Shown: piece after piece, positions 46,442-55,704 of the stretch | Numbering within the stretch: the first letter of the stretch is position 1 | Layout of the letters: every line of letters begins with the position of its first letter | Source of the DNA: an uncultured Candidatus Saccharibacteria bacterium | GTDB lineage: Bacteria > Patescibacteriota > Minisyncoccia > Phycocordibacterales > UBA6065 | DNA: 64,000 nt | Direction of reading: 5' to 3' | Assembly: GCA_964495425.1 (NCBI GenBank) | Contig: CAZBVG010000001.1 | Location: 20,054 to 84,053, forward strand | Notes under the pieces: model-generated | What the model saw: only the letters and a program-made list of their open reading frames with translations | Told to the model about the DNA's origin: nothing | Database searches by the model: none | Position numbers and translations under genes: made by a program

Positions 46442-47194
46442 TTAGTATGTGCTTGCATCAGTTGATGTACCTGTAGCAACATTCGCTTCATTGTGTGATT
46501 TCATGCTTGCATGAATCGCATTTACAAGACGCGCCTGTGTTGCCGAAGAGAACGTGGTTGAATTTTCAGATCGAACTATTGCTCCAGCAGTTGTGTTCAC
46601 ACTTGCCTTGAGATCGTCTGCATTCTCATCACGAACAAAGATGTTGTACCACCATGGATGGTCAATAACAACACTACCATCAACATTCACACGAGCCTCA
46701 GTTGTAATCATAATTGGTACTATTCCAAGGAATTTCGCTGGCTCCTTGTACCAAACAGATACAGAATCTGCATTTGATTCGATCTTGGTTACATTCTCAT
46801 CACTTGCAACAAGTGATCGAGCATAAGCCTGAAAGTTCGCTGCTGATGTGACATCGGACGGATTGTATGTGACAGAAGTATCACCTGTGATATCTGATCG
46901 TGTGATAGTAAATGTCTCCATGCTTCCGTTTGAATTTACTGTTGATCCAGTTGAAGTTGTGCCTGTCACCGTTGTGTTAACACCGGTGCCTGTAGTACCT
47001 GTACCCGAAGATTGTACTGTTCCAGTTGCGGTAACAGAAGTTTTAACACCAGCCGTACCTTTACCTGATGTTGCCGTACCACCGACATTCGCATCAAGAT
47101 TAAGTGAAGTATTTATCTGAGCGTTTGCAACAGTTCCCGTAGCAAAGAGTCCCAATACAGCCGCTATGAAACCTACTCTTTGTAATGTAGTCAT
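46442..47194 (-). CDS. secreted Thr/Gly-rich hypothetical protein
   Basis: Signal peptide; low-complexity linker; AKFLG..P and PWW motifs. Confidence 0.78.
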   Translation of the reverse strand: MTTLQRVGFIAAVLGLFATGTVANAQINTSLNLDANVGGTATSGKGTAGVKTSVTATGTVQSSGTGTTGTGVNTTVTGTTSTGSTVNSNGSMETFTITRSDITGDTSVTYNPSDVTSAANFQAYARSLVASDENVTKIESNADSVSVWYKEPAKFLGIVPIMITTEARVNVDGSVVIDHPWWYNIFVRDENADDLKASVNTTAGAIVRSENSTTFSSATQARLVNAIHASMKSHNEANVATGTSTDASTY

Positions 47195-47282
47195 GGGATG
47201 AAAGATTAATTGTAAAAGGGTGCTGCAAGCACCCCTAGTAATACTACGCTTATAACTCCCAAAAGTTTCTCTAAAAAATGGC

Positions 47283-48230
47283 TTATTTACTTGATATTAA
47301 GCACGTCTGGCCATTTCTCTGTATATCAAAAGCCTGTTCTGTAAGTAGGATCTCCTTTCCCTGCAACGCGAGTTCAACACCGAGACCTGTGCGAACTTCA
47401 GAAGTCCAATATTGATCGAATACAAAATTACCGAGCGAATAATAAATATGCTTGTCGCTATATATCTCATGCTCTTGTATGACATGAGGATGGGAACCAA
47501 GTATAAGATCAGCGCCAGAGTCAATAAAACGATGTGCCACTGATTTCATATATTCAGTCACTTCAACATATTCTTCACCCCAGTGCGCATACACGACAAC
47601 AAAATCCGCTTCTCGACGCATTTTCCAAATAGCATCAATAGTTTTTTGAGGATCATTTTGTCCCAAAAACTGATTAAAAGCCACAAAGGCAATTTTCTTG
47701 TCACCTATTTTCTTTACAATAGAAATATCCCCGATCGGTGATCCAAAATATGATATGTTTGATTCCGACAAATACTTCTGCGTCATCGCAAGCCCTTCCC
47801 TTCCAAAATCAAGAATATGATTATTTCCAATGCTCACTATCCCAATGTTATGTCTTGATAATGTCTGCGCAACATCTGGATGAAAAGTAAAAGAAGTGTT
47901 TCCTTGTTCACCCGGTTTCGTGCCTGCACTCAATGATGGATACGTAGTAATCGGCCCCTCAAGATTACCGACAACAACATCAAATTCTTTTAAATAATCA
48001 GCGGCGCATGAGAATATAGCGTCGTACCCCTTGCTGTCCGCGAGTGATCTCAACGTTCGATCAAACATCATATCCCCCACAAAGAGAATCCTCGCCGAAC
48101 CAAACGCTCCAGACGAATGTCCGTTTGAACTATAGAGAAAAAAACCGACGGCACATATGCAAAGCGCTATGAGAGCGTTTCGTTTGTTCACGAACGCCTT
48201 GAATGAAGATGTGGTCATAATATGGAACAA
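47283..48230 (-). CDS. CapA/PGA_cap family protein
   Basis: GDMMFDR, NLEGP, NNHILD, HWG.EY, HPHV, YSLGNF. Confidence 0.9.
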   Translation of the reverse strand: MFHIMTTSSFKAFVNKRNALIALCICAVGFFLYSSNGHSSGAFGSARILFVGDMMFDRTLRSLADSKGYDAIFSCAADYLKEFDVVVGNLEGPITTYPSLSAGTKPGEQGNTSFTFHPDVAQTLSRHNIGIVSIGNNHILDFGREGLAMTQKYLSESNISYFGSPIGDISIVKKIGDKKIAFVAFNQFLGQNDPQKTIDAIWKMRREADFVVVYAHWGEEYVEVTEYMKSVAHRFIDSGADLILGSHPHVIQEHEIYSDKHIYYSLGNFVFDQYWTSEVRTGLGVELALQGKEILLTEQAFDIQRNGQTCLISSK

Positions 48231-49148
48231 CTAGATACGAAGATACTTTCGAACAGCGAGATAACTAGAGACAGCGCCGAGAACGACACCTGTTCCCGCA
48301 ATAAGAATAAATATATGAACGAAGTTAGCTATGTAATACGAGAGAACATTAAATCCACTAAAGAATGTCTCTGTAATTGAAGAAAGCCAGAACGTTGCTG
48401 GGTAGAAAAACGCAAGCGTTATGATGGCCGATACAAATCCATACATAATTCCTGCCATAATAAACGGACCTCGAATATATCTGTTCGAAGCTCCCACAAG
48501 TCTCATAACGGAAATTTCTTCTCGTGCAATATATATAGCGAGTCGAATGGTGTTAAATGCAATAAGAATAGAAATAAGAACCAAGATGAGAGTAATCCCT
48601 ATAGCAATTTTGGTTCCACCATCAATAATGCGAGTAAGCGTATCAATTGCGGTCTTATTTTGATAGTAGTTAATTTTATCAATGAACGCACCATCGCTTC
48701 CCGCCTCGGCATCAAGGAACTTTGCAATCCCTTCGTACTGCGATGTTTCTTTCGCCTTGATGTTTAAAATTGCGCCAAGTGGATTTTCTCCAAGTTCCTC
48801 AAGTGCCTGAAGCGTAATCTGATCGTTTGCGTGGCGATTCTTAAAATTCTGAAGTGCCTCATCTTTAGAAACATACTGAACAAGAGCAACCTCGGGCAAA
48901 CTTTCAATTTTGTTTTTAAGCGCTAACACATCTGCCTCACTTGCATTTGGGACGAAATACACATTCACATCAACCTTTGACTTGATTTCTTGGAGCGATG
49001 AGTTGAGAAGAGCTCCGGTGAATACAACGCTTCCTACAGCAAACAGTGTAAGAGTAATGATAAGTACTGATGAGAGCGAAACGAAACCATTTCTCCAAAA
49101 TGATACGAAGCCTGATTTGATTATTCGCCGTGTGTTAAGCCAAAACAT
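48231..49148 (-). CDS. ftsX: cell division permease FtsX
   Basis: NTIRLAI..R.EI..MRLVGA...IRGPF; adjacent to ftsE. Confidence 0.92.
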   Translation of the reverse strand: MFWLNTRRIIKSGFVSFWRNGFVSLSSVLIITLTLFAVGSVVFTGALLNSSLQEIKSKVDVNVYFVPNASEADVLALKNKIESLPEVALVQYVSKDEALQNFKNRHANDQITLQALEELGENPLGAILNIKAKETSQYEGIAKFLDAEAGSDGAFIDKINYYQNKTAIDTLTRIIDGGTKIAIGITLILVLISILIAFNTIRLAIYIAREEISVMRLVGASNRYIRGPFIMAGIMYGFVSAIITLAFFYPATFWLSSITETFFSGFNVLSYYIANFVHIFILIAGTGVVLGAVSSYLAVRKYLRI

Positions 49149-49159
49149 AGATGTGAAAA

Positions 49160-49840
49160 TTAAATTGCGTATTTACCATCCTTATCATCCCGAACCACCC
49201 GTCCCTTTTCCATAGTGATAACTCGCTTGCCGATCGATTCAATTACTCCTTTATTATGAGTGGTCAAAATAACCGTGGTGCCAAAATCATTAATTTTTTT
49301 AAGGATTTGAACAATTTCGTACGTGTTCACAGGGTCAAGATTACCTGTAGGCTCATCAGCAATAATCACATCAGGTTGATTTACAATTGCACGAGCAATT
49401 GCCACGCGCTGCTTCTCCCCGCCAGAAAGTTCTCGAGGAAAACTCCAGATCTTCTTTCCCAAATCAACAAGTTCGAGCACATGAGGAACATCCGAGGCAA
49501 TTTCTTCATCAGAACGTCCCGCTGCCTCCATAGCAAAGGCAATATTTTCAAACACGGTCTTGTTGGGGATCAAACGAAAATCCTGAAACACCGTACCAAA
49601 TCGACGACGATACTCAGGCATTTTAGTGCGCTTGATTTTGTGAATGTTAGTAGACTCAAAAAGAACCGATCCCTTTGTTGGTCGTTCTTCTGCCAAAATC
49701 ATTTTTATGAGTGTCGTTTTGCCCGCGCCAGAATGACCCACAATTGATACAAACTCCTTGGGATCTATCTTTAAACTCACCTCCTCGAGGGCAACCGAAT
49801 CATCAGAGTATATCTTTGTTACTTTATCGAAATGAATCAT
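49160..49840 (-). CDS. ftsE: cell division ATPase FtsE
   Basis: GHSGAGKT, VFQDFRL, LSGGE, ADEPTGNLD. Confidence 0.93.
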   Translation of the reverse strand: MIHFDKVTKIYSDDSVALEEVSLKIDPKEFVSIVGHSGAGKTTLIKMILAEERPTKGSVLFESTNIHKIKRTKMPEYRRRFGTVFQDFRLIPNKTVFENIAFAMEAAGRSDEEIASDVPHVLELVDLGKKIWSFPRELSGGEKQRVAIARAIVNQPDVIIADEPTGNLDPVNTYEIVQILKKINDFGTTVILTTHNKGVIESIGKRVITMEKGRVVRDDKDGKYAI

Positions 49841-49920
49841 AGAAACCAGGTCTAAAGTATATCAATCATATTCGGACATGTCCGTATCTCGTTATTCTAG
49901 CACATTATTATATGCTGCAC

Positions 49921-50790
49921 TTACAAGCCTTTCTCCGCCTCGATAAAGAGGTCCAGGTCGCCGGCAAACACCGCATCAACAGTAGCCGTTTCAACACCCG
50001 TACGGTGATCCTTTACCATTTTGTAAGGATGAGTCACATATGACCGGATTTGATTTCCCCATTCTATATCAGTCGTTTTTGAAATATACATTCCCTGCTC
50101 TTTTGCTTTTCGCTCATCATCACGCAACTTATAGAGCTTTGCGCGCAAAATATCCATAGCAATTTCTCGATTTTGTGCCTGTGACCGTTCCGTATCAACG
50201 TGTACGGCAATTTTTGTTGGAATATGCACAAGACGCACTGCCGTTTCTCGTTTATTAACATTCTGGCCACCTGGACCTGATGATCGCGCGAATTCGATTT
50301 TAATTTCCTCCGGTGGAATCGGCATATTTTCTGCCTTTTCGAATTTAGGAATAACCTCAACTAGGCTAAATGACGTATGTCGCAATTTTTTGGCATTAAA
50401 TGGAGAAATGCGAACCAATCTATGCACACCGGACTCATTTTTAAGCGTACCGTAAGCACCTTTACCTATAACCTCGCATGTGACATTACGATACCCTCCG
50501 TGATCATTTTGATGTTGATGCAAAAAGTGAACTGACCAACCTTTCCGGTCAAAATACTTCAAATACATTTCAAGCAACATACGAGAGAAATCTTCTGCAT
50601 CATCTCCACCGGCGCCGGAAAAAATAGTTACAATTGCATTTCCCTTTTCATATTTTTCCACTTCAGCAGCCAGAGCTTTGAGCGTGTTAAGCTCCTTCAA
50701 AATGTGCTGAGCTTTTTCTTTTGCATCCCAAAACGACGCATCAGCCATGAGCGCTTCGATTTCTGCAATTCGTTTCTGTGGATCAATCAT
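49921..50790 (-). CDS. prfB: peptide chain release factor 2, shortened N-terminal domain
   Basis: GVHRLVRISPF (SPF) and GPGGQNVN. Confidence 0.9.
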   Translation of the reverse strand: MIDPQKRIAEIEALMADASFWDAKEKAQHILKELNTLKALAAEVEKYEKGNAIVTIFSGAGGDDAEDFSRMLLEMYLKYFDRKGWSVHFLHQHQNDHGGYRNVTCEVIGKGAYGTLKNESGVHRLVRISPFNAKKLRHTSFSLVEVIPKFEKAENMPIPPEEIKIEFARSSGPGGQNVNKRETAVRLVHIPTKIAVHVDTERSQAQNREIAMDILRAKLYKLRDDERKAKEQGMYISKTTDIEWGNQIRSYVTHPYKMVKDHRTGVETATVDAVFAGDLDLFIEAEKGL

Positions 50791-50820
50791 TGAATTTGAG
50801 TATACCCCAGTCTTATAAAT

Positions 50821-50973
50821 AAAAAAGCCGCGCAGTATCTGCGACGGCTATAAACAAACAAAATCTAACGAAAGATCTGAAGGGGTCCCCAAAGAAGCTA
50901 TTGGTGGGCGCGCGCGGGACTCTGAGGACCCCCATTCAGCATTGCTACCGGAATCCAGGGCCGGTAGCACTGA
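50821..50973 (-). ncRNA. candidate stand-alone structured RNA
   Basis: TTGACA-16-TATTAT promoter, two long GC-rich stems, terminator at 50821-50849; family not recognised. Confidence 0.5.
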
Positions 50974-51079
50974 ACACATAATAACCAATCTATCGGTGTT
51001 GTCAAGGTTTTTGCAAAAAACGCCGAAATAACCTATAGTGGGGCTTGTATTTTCGGTATTTGCAGCATGGTTATTTCAA

Positions 51080-51152
51080 GCCAACGTAGCTCAGTCGGTA
51101 GAGCACGTCATTGGTAATGACGAGGTCTCCGGTTCGATCCCGGACGTTGGCT
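51080..51152 (+). tRNA. tRNA-Thr(GGT)
   Basis: GCCAACG/CGTTGGC acceptor, CGTCA-TT-GGT-AA-TGACG. Confidence 0.95.
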
Positions 51153-51167
51153 CCCGGCTATACATGT

Positions 51168-51240
51168 GCCACCTTAGCTCAGTTGGTAGAGCAATACTTT
51201 CGTAAAGTAGAGGTCCCCAGTTCGATCCTGGGAGGTGGCT
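51168..51240 (+). tRNA. tRNA-Thr(CGT)
   Basis: GCCACCT/AGGTGGC acceptor, TACT-TT-CGT-AA-AGTA. Confidence 0.93.
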
Positions 51241-51926
51241 CACTTAGGATTTTCACTCACCTCTCCTCTCCTAAATTTATTCACGAGCTCGTGTGCAAGT
51301 CGTGTCGGCTCGGGTAATTTGTAATTTTTGATCGACGCTTTCACTATTTCAAGTGCTCCCATTTGATCGATCAAATGTCCGGGCGAAATAATAAGTGGAT
51401 TTGAGCGCTTGTTTGATTTATACGCATATCCCAAAAAATCCCCTGTATATGAGTCCTTTATCTCTGATGACTCGCCGGGAATTGTTGGCGCTCGAAATGC
51501 ACCAAACAATCTAGTCTTGGCACAACCAATCGTGGGTATTCCAGTAACCAACCCCAAGTGAGATGCGATACCTAAACGCCGGGGATGAGCGATCCCCTGA
51601 CCATCAACAATTATGAGATGAGGCTTTACCGGTAATTTATTAAAACATTCCAAAAGTCCAGGAATTTCTCGAAATGAAAGTAATCCGGGAACATACGGAA
51701 AAGTAATTTCTATTTTTGATAACGCGTGGCATACCGGTTTCAAATCAGGAAATGAAAGCACAATAATACCTGCGTATAAATCAGTACCGAATTTCTCCAC
51801 TGAAGCATCCGCCCCGGCAATAAATGTTGGTTTCTTATCGAGCGGCTTTAGTTGTACCTTCGATTGTAGTTCTTTTTGTATATCTACAGCCTTCTTCGGA
51901 TCGATGCTCATCCATTGTATTTCCAT
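51240..51926 (-). CDS. nfi: endonuclease V
   Basis: AGAD, FPYVPGLLSFRE, DGQGIAHPR, IGCAK, ISPGH, LPEPTR. Confidence 0.93.
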   Translation of the reverse strand: MEIQWMSIDPKKAVDIQKELQSKVQLKPLDKKPTFIAGADASVEKFGTDLYAGIIVLSFPDLKPVCHALSKIEITFPYVPGLLSFREIPGLLECFNKLPVKPHLIIVDGQGIAHPRRLGIASHLGLVTGIPTIGCAKTRLFGAFRAPTIPGESSEIKDSYTGDFLGYAYKSNKRSNPLIISPGHLIDQMGALEIVKASIKNYKLPEPTRLAHELVNKFRRGEVSENPK

Positions 51927-52023
51927 AATAATAGGTTTATAAAAGTAGTACGTCTGAATATGGTAAGTAGGTGCACGACGCCACTGAAACAAATCAGAAA
52001 CATATAACGTACTACCAAAGTAC

Positions 52024-52566
52024 ATGACTATTCCTGCCGAAATAATTGAACGAGCCAAAAATGGCGACCTGGTAGCATTCGAACAAATCATTTTTGAATT
52101 CGAAAAGCCGCTTTGGAACTACCTCGTCCGTCTTTCTGGCAGTAAAGATGATGCTGAGGACCTCATCCAGGAGACATTTGTGAAGGTTTATAAGCACATC
52201 AAAACTATCGATGGTTCGCGTAATATCAAATCGTGGATCTATACTATTGCCACAAATACCGCCTATGATCACCTCCGCAAACGAAAGCGAGAGGCGCTCG
52301 TAGAACTTGACGAAGAGCACGAAACAAGCGTTGATAATAAAGCGTATTATTCAGTGTCGGTGGAAGAGAACATTGAGTCAAAAGATGTTTCGGCGGCAAT
52401 AGATCGCCTGGACACTCTGTATAAAGGGCCCATCCTACTTTATTACAAGGATGGATTTAGTTATGAGGAAATAGCGGATATGCTATCTATTCCGATTAAC
52501 ACCCTTAAAACTCGACTTTCACGGGCAAAAAAGCAGCTTGCGACATTACTTGTTAATTATCAATAA
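52024..52566 (+). CDS. ECF sigma factor (SigW-like)
   Basis: DAEDLIQETF, SWIYTIATN, SYEEIA..L..P.NT.KTRL.RA. Confidence 0.92.
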   Translation: MTIPAEIIERAKNGDLVAFEQIIFEFEKPLWNYLVRLSGSKDDAEDLIQETFVKVYKHIKTIDGSRNIKSWIYTIATNTAYDHLRKRKREALVELDEEHETSVDNKAYYSVSVEENIESKDVSAAIDRLDTLYKGPILLYYKDGFSYEEIADMLSIPINTLKTRLSRAKKQLATLLVNYQ

Positions 52567-52576
52567 ATCAACATAC

Positions 52577-52990
52577 ATGCCGAATCTTTCTTTCGACCTC
52601 AACACCAAGAAGGACCTCCTCGAAGACGTACCCCTGCCGCGCGACCTTCACTCGAAGATCATGAAGCGAGTTTTTGTAGCAAGCTACGGAAAATATCTTT
52701 TTGCCGCAACCACCATCCTCTTTGTTAACCTCGGTGTGCTCTCTGTTGAGCTTTATCGTCGAATAAGCGACGTAAATTTCAAAGAAATGGCTGAGACGCT
52801 TTCTCAGAACATCGCTTTCTCTCCTGCATATATAGGTCACGCGACACAAACGCTCTATGCTGCATTGCCGGTCCAATCGATCTTCGCGACATTGGTCACC
52901 GCTGCACTCTGCACCTATATGACGTTCGTCATTCTTAAGTTTTATAAGGACCCACGGTCAGTTGGTCTCTTCAGAAATCTTGCTCGATAG
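52577..52990 (+). CDS. membrane protein, putative anti-sigma factor
   Basis: Follows ECF sigma; two TM helices. Confidence 0.65.
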   Translation: MPNLSFDLNTKKDLLEDVPLPRDLHSKIMKRVFVASYGKYLFAATTILFVNLGVLSVELYRRISDVNFKEMAETLSQNIAFSPAYIGHATQTLYAALPVQSIFATLVTAALCTYMTFVILKFYKDPRSVGLFRNLAR

Positions 52991-53057
52991 AAAGAACAAT
53001 ACACGAATCATATATAAAAGAACCGGTTATGAGCCGGTTCTTTTATTTTTATACTGA

Positions 53058-53246
53058 TTATTGATTTGAAGGAGAATTTGATCCTCCGCCTGTACCAGGC
53101 AAATCAACTTGTATCACTGCGTTATCGGTGTCAGATTCAACAGGCACCATTCGTCGCTGACCAACCATATACCACACAACAAAACCAACCACCACAACAA
53201 GTAAAATCACAAGAATTGCATTCGTTGTCGAATTTGTCTCATTCAT
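53058..53246 (-). CDS. small single-TM protein
   Basis: Hydrophobic helix; terminator just downstream. Confidence 0.6.
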   Translation of the reverse strand: MNETNSTTNAILVILLVVVVGFVVWYMVGQRRMVPVESDTDNAVIQVDLPGTGGGSNSPSNQ

Positions 53247-53352
53247 ACATTTATATATTAATTAACCACATATATTACGCCTGGATAAGGCCTTTGGGGT
53301 GCAAATTTAAACAGAATATGCTTAAATGTTTTCACGCGAATACGCGGTATAT

Positions 53353-53426
53353 GCGGGTGTAGCTCAGCTGGTTAGAGCGCTTCCCTGTCACGGAAGAGGC
53401 CGAGGGTTCGAGTCCCTTCACTCGCG
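53353..53426 (+). tRNA. tRNA-Asp(GTC)
   Basis: GCGGGTG/CACTCGC acceptor, CTTCC-CT-GTC-AC-GGAAG. Confidence 0.95.
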
Positions 53427-53480
53427 CAGACAGCTAAAAGGCCAAGATATTCTTGGCCTTTTACGTAACTACGTATCATG

Positions 53481-53556
53481 TGGTGTCAGGAGTGGGGATC
53501 GAACCCACGACCCCAGGCTTATGAGTCCTGTGCTCTACCGACTGAGCTATCCTGAC
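53481..53556 (-). tRNA. tRNA with CAT anticodon (elongator Met most likely; Ile2 not excluded)
   Basis: GTCAGGA/TCCTGAC acceptor, CAGGA-CT-CAT-AA-GCCTG, encoded CCA. Confidence 0.9.
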
Positions 53557-53834
53557 ATACGCTATAGCGTTTTCCTACGATATCACGGTAGGGCCCCTTT
53601 TCCAAGATTTATTTGACTCAAATCTCCTTTCATTACATAAAAGGAAAAGTGAAAGAAAGGTTTTGGGTGCCCCGTATTATCCATGTGTCCTTCTAATAGT
53701 GATTGATAAAAACACCCTCTCCCGGGTGTTTTTATCTTGTAAAAGAGCATTTCAAGTGGCCCAATAGTTGCTTTTCTGTAAAACAAGAGCAATCTATACA
53801 ACGTAGTATTATCGTAGCGTTAATAAGTAATACA

Positions 53835-54338
53835 ATGGAACAAGAACAAAATAGCAAGGCTTGGATTTGGATTGTGGTGGCTATCGTTGTCATCATCGCC
53901 CTCTTCTTTGTCTTCCGACCAAAGACCACCCCTTCAACTGAAGTAGGTGGCGAAACAAGCACTTCAACTTCACCTACAAGCTCACTTGCAATCCGCCCAT
54001 ACGGCGAAGTAGAGCTTAAGCTCGGTGAATCAGCTAACTTCAACGGCATCTCAATCACTCCTCTCTCAATAGTAGAGGATAGCCGATGCCCAGCTGATGT
54101 GCAGTGTATCCAGGCTGGAACCGTGCGCGTGAATGTTAAGTCGCTCCAGAACGGAGGTGTAACCAAGGAAACCGTTATTGGCCTTGGAACTCCTGTTAAG
54201 ATCGACACCTTCTCTGTTGCCCTCGTAGCAGTTACCCCTGGTACAAAAGCAAATCAAAAGATTGCAAACTCAGACTACCGATTGCGCTTCCGCGTAAATC
54301 AGGCAGCTGTAGTTGATACTGGTTTGATTGGTAAATAA
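53835..54338 (+). CDS. membrane-anchored hypothetical protein
   Basis: N-terminal TM; EDSRCP.DVQCIQAG motif. Confidence 0.8.
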   Translation: MEQEQNSKAWIWIVVAIVVIIALFFVFRPKTTPSTEVGGETSTSTSPTSSLAIRPYGEVELKLGESANFNGISITPLSIVEDSRCPADVQCIQAGTVRVNVKSLQNGGVTKETVIGLGTPVKIDTFSVALVAVTPGTKANQKIANSDYRLRFRVNQAAVVDTGLIGK

Positions 54339-54405
54339 CCCTGAAAACAAAAACCGCTAATTTGAGCGGTTTTTGTTTGCATAAAAAAGAAGCCGTTGGG
54401 CTTCT

Positions 54406-54900
54406 TTAAGCATGACAACACCAGGTTGCCAATAAAGGATGATTGTATTCCTTTGGCCATGACTCGATTTCAATTTTCTCTCTAGACACACACCGAAGTA
54501 TTACCATGGCACGCCTAGAGATACTAGAACTTGTGCGAAAGTAACGCCCATCGAGCAACATCAGAGGAAGATTTCTGCGAATCGCGTATACCATTAGCAT
54601 ACTCATAGAAACTGCTGTTGGCATCAATAAACCAGAACCACGGTCACGCGTTTCTGTGTGCTCCATCACACTCAAACCACTAGCAGATTCATCCATAAAG
54701 AATGGATAGTAAGCAGGCCACCAATTTGGTTCATGAAGGAAGAGATTTCTATTTCGGATCCAAAACATTTCCAGTGTTACTGGATTAGGATAGATCCGAA
54801 TAAACTCATCACGAAATACCAAGGAATCAGAAGCAGGAATATCGACGAGACTCATAGTCTGTATAGATTGTTTTGGGTTGAGAACAACTTCGATATTCAT
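54406..54900 (-). CDS. hypothetical protein
   Basis: ORF downstream of tRNA-fMet; no motif recognised. Confidence 0.5.
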   Translation of the reverse strand: MNIEVVLNPKQSIQTMSLVDIPASDSLVFRDEFIRIYPNPVTLEMFWIRNRNLFLHEPNWWPAYYPFFMDESASGLSVMEHTETRDRGSGLLMPTAVSMSMLMVYAIRRNLPLMLLDGRYFRTSSSISRRAMVILRCVSREKIEIESWPKEYNHPLLATWCCHA

Positions 54901-54956
54901 CCTATTCCCTAATACAACAAAAAGCACCCTTGTTAGGATGCTTTTTGTATTTCTTG

Positions 54957-55030
<74 letters not shown>

Positions 55031-55118
55031 ATGTTTCCAGCCATTCACTGGTCTGCATAGTATACAACGTCAAAACTTCACTTGCAAGCCTTCCGCTATA
55101 GCGTTTTACACAGTTGTA

Positions 55119-55700
55119 TTAGATAGTGTAAAACTCCTCAAAAACCTTCCTATAAAGCCCTATAACGCGCTTAGCCTCACGTTCGTCTATCTGGAACTCT
55201 GTACCCTTATGCGCTATGTCGTTACGGATTTTATGGGCTTCCCAGGCGAGATCAAGGGTAAGGAAATCTTCCTTTTTTATACCCTTAAGCTTCTCCCCTA
55301 TAGAGTCGCCCTGGTAGCCCAATTTCTCCAAAATATCATTAAGCATGATATCTGCCTCTATGATGGCCAGGCGCCAATCTGAGGGCGCTAGAGAGTTGAT
55401 ATGAGCCTCGATCTTGAGCCACTTCTCTCGCAATTCCGGATCATGGGCGGTCTCAATGTCGCTTTGCTTAAGCGTAAGTGCCTTGAACTTCTTTTCTTCT
55501 TCATCTTTCGCGTCTTTGAGCTTCTGATAGCTATAAAAGATCACGTAGACAAAAAATACAGTGAGAATAATCGCGACAGGTAAAAGAAGCTTGATGATCC
55601 CAATGATCATGTTAAGAATCGCAACCGGGTCGAGATTCTTTAAAAAATCAAAAATCCGCAGGAACAAATATTCGAGGTTGAGAAAGTTTATGCTATCCAC
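55119..55700 (-). CDS. conserved hypothetical membrane protein
   Basis: TM helix; WRLAIIEAD, AWEAHKIRN.IAH. Confidence 0.8.
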   Translation of the reverse strand: MDSINFLNLEYLFLRIFDFLKNLDPVAILNMIIGIIKLLLPVAIILTVFFVYVIFYSYQKLKDAKDEEEKKFKALTLKQSDIETAHDPELREKWLKIEAHINSLAPSDWRLAIIEADIMLNDILEKLGYQGDSIGEKLKGIKKEDFLTLDLAWEAHKIRNDIAHKGTEFQIDEREAKRVIGLYRKVFEEFYTI

Positions 55701-55704
55701 CTTT

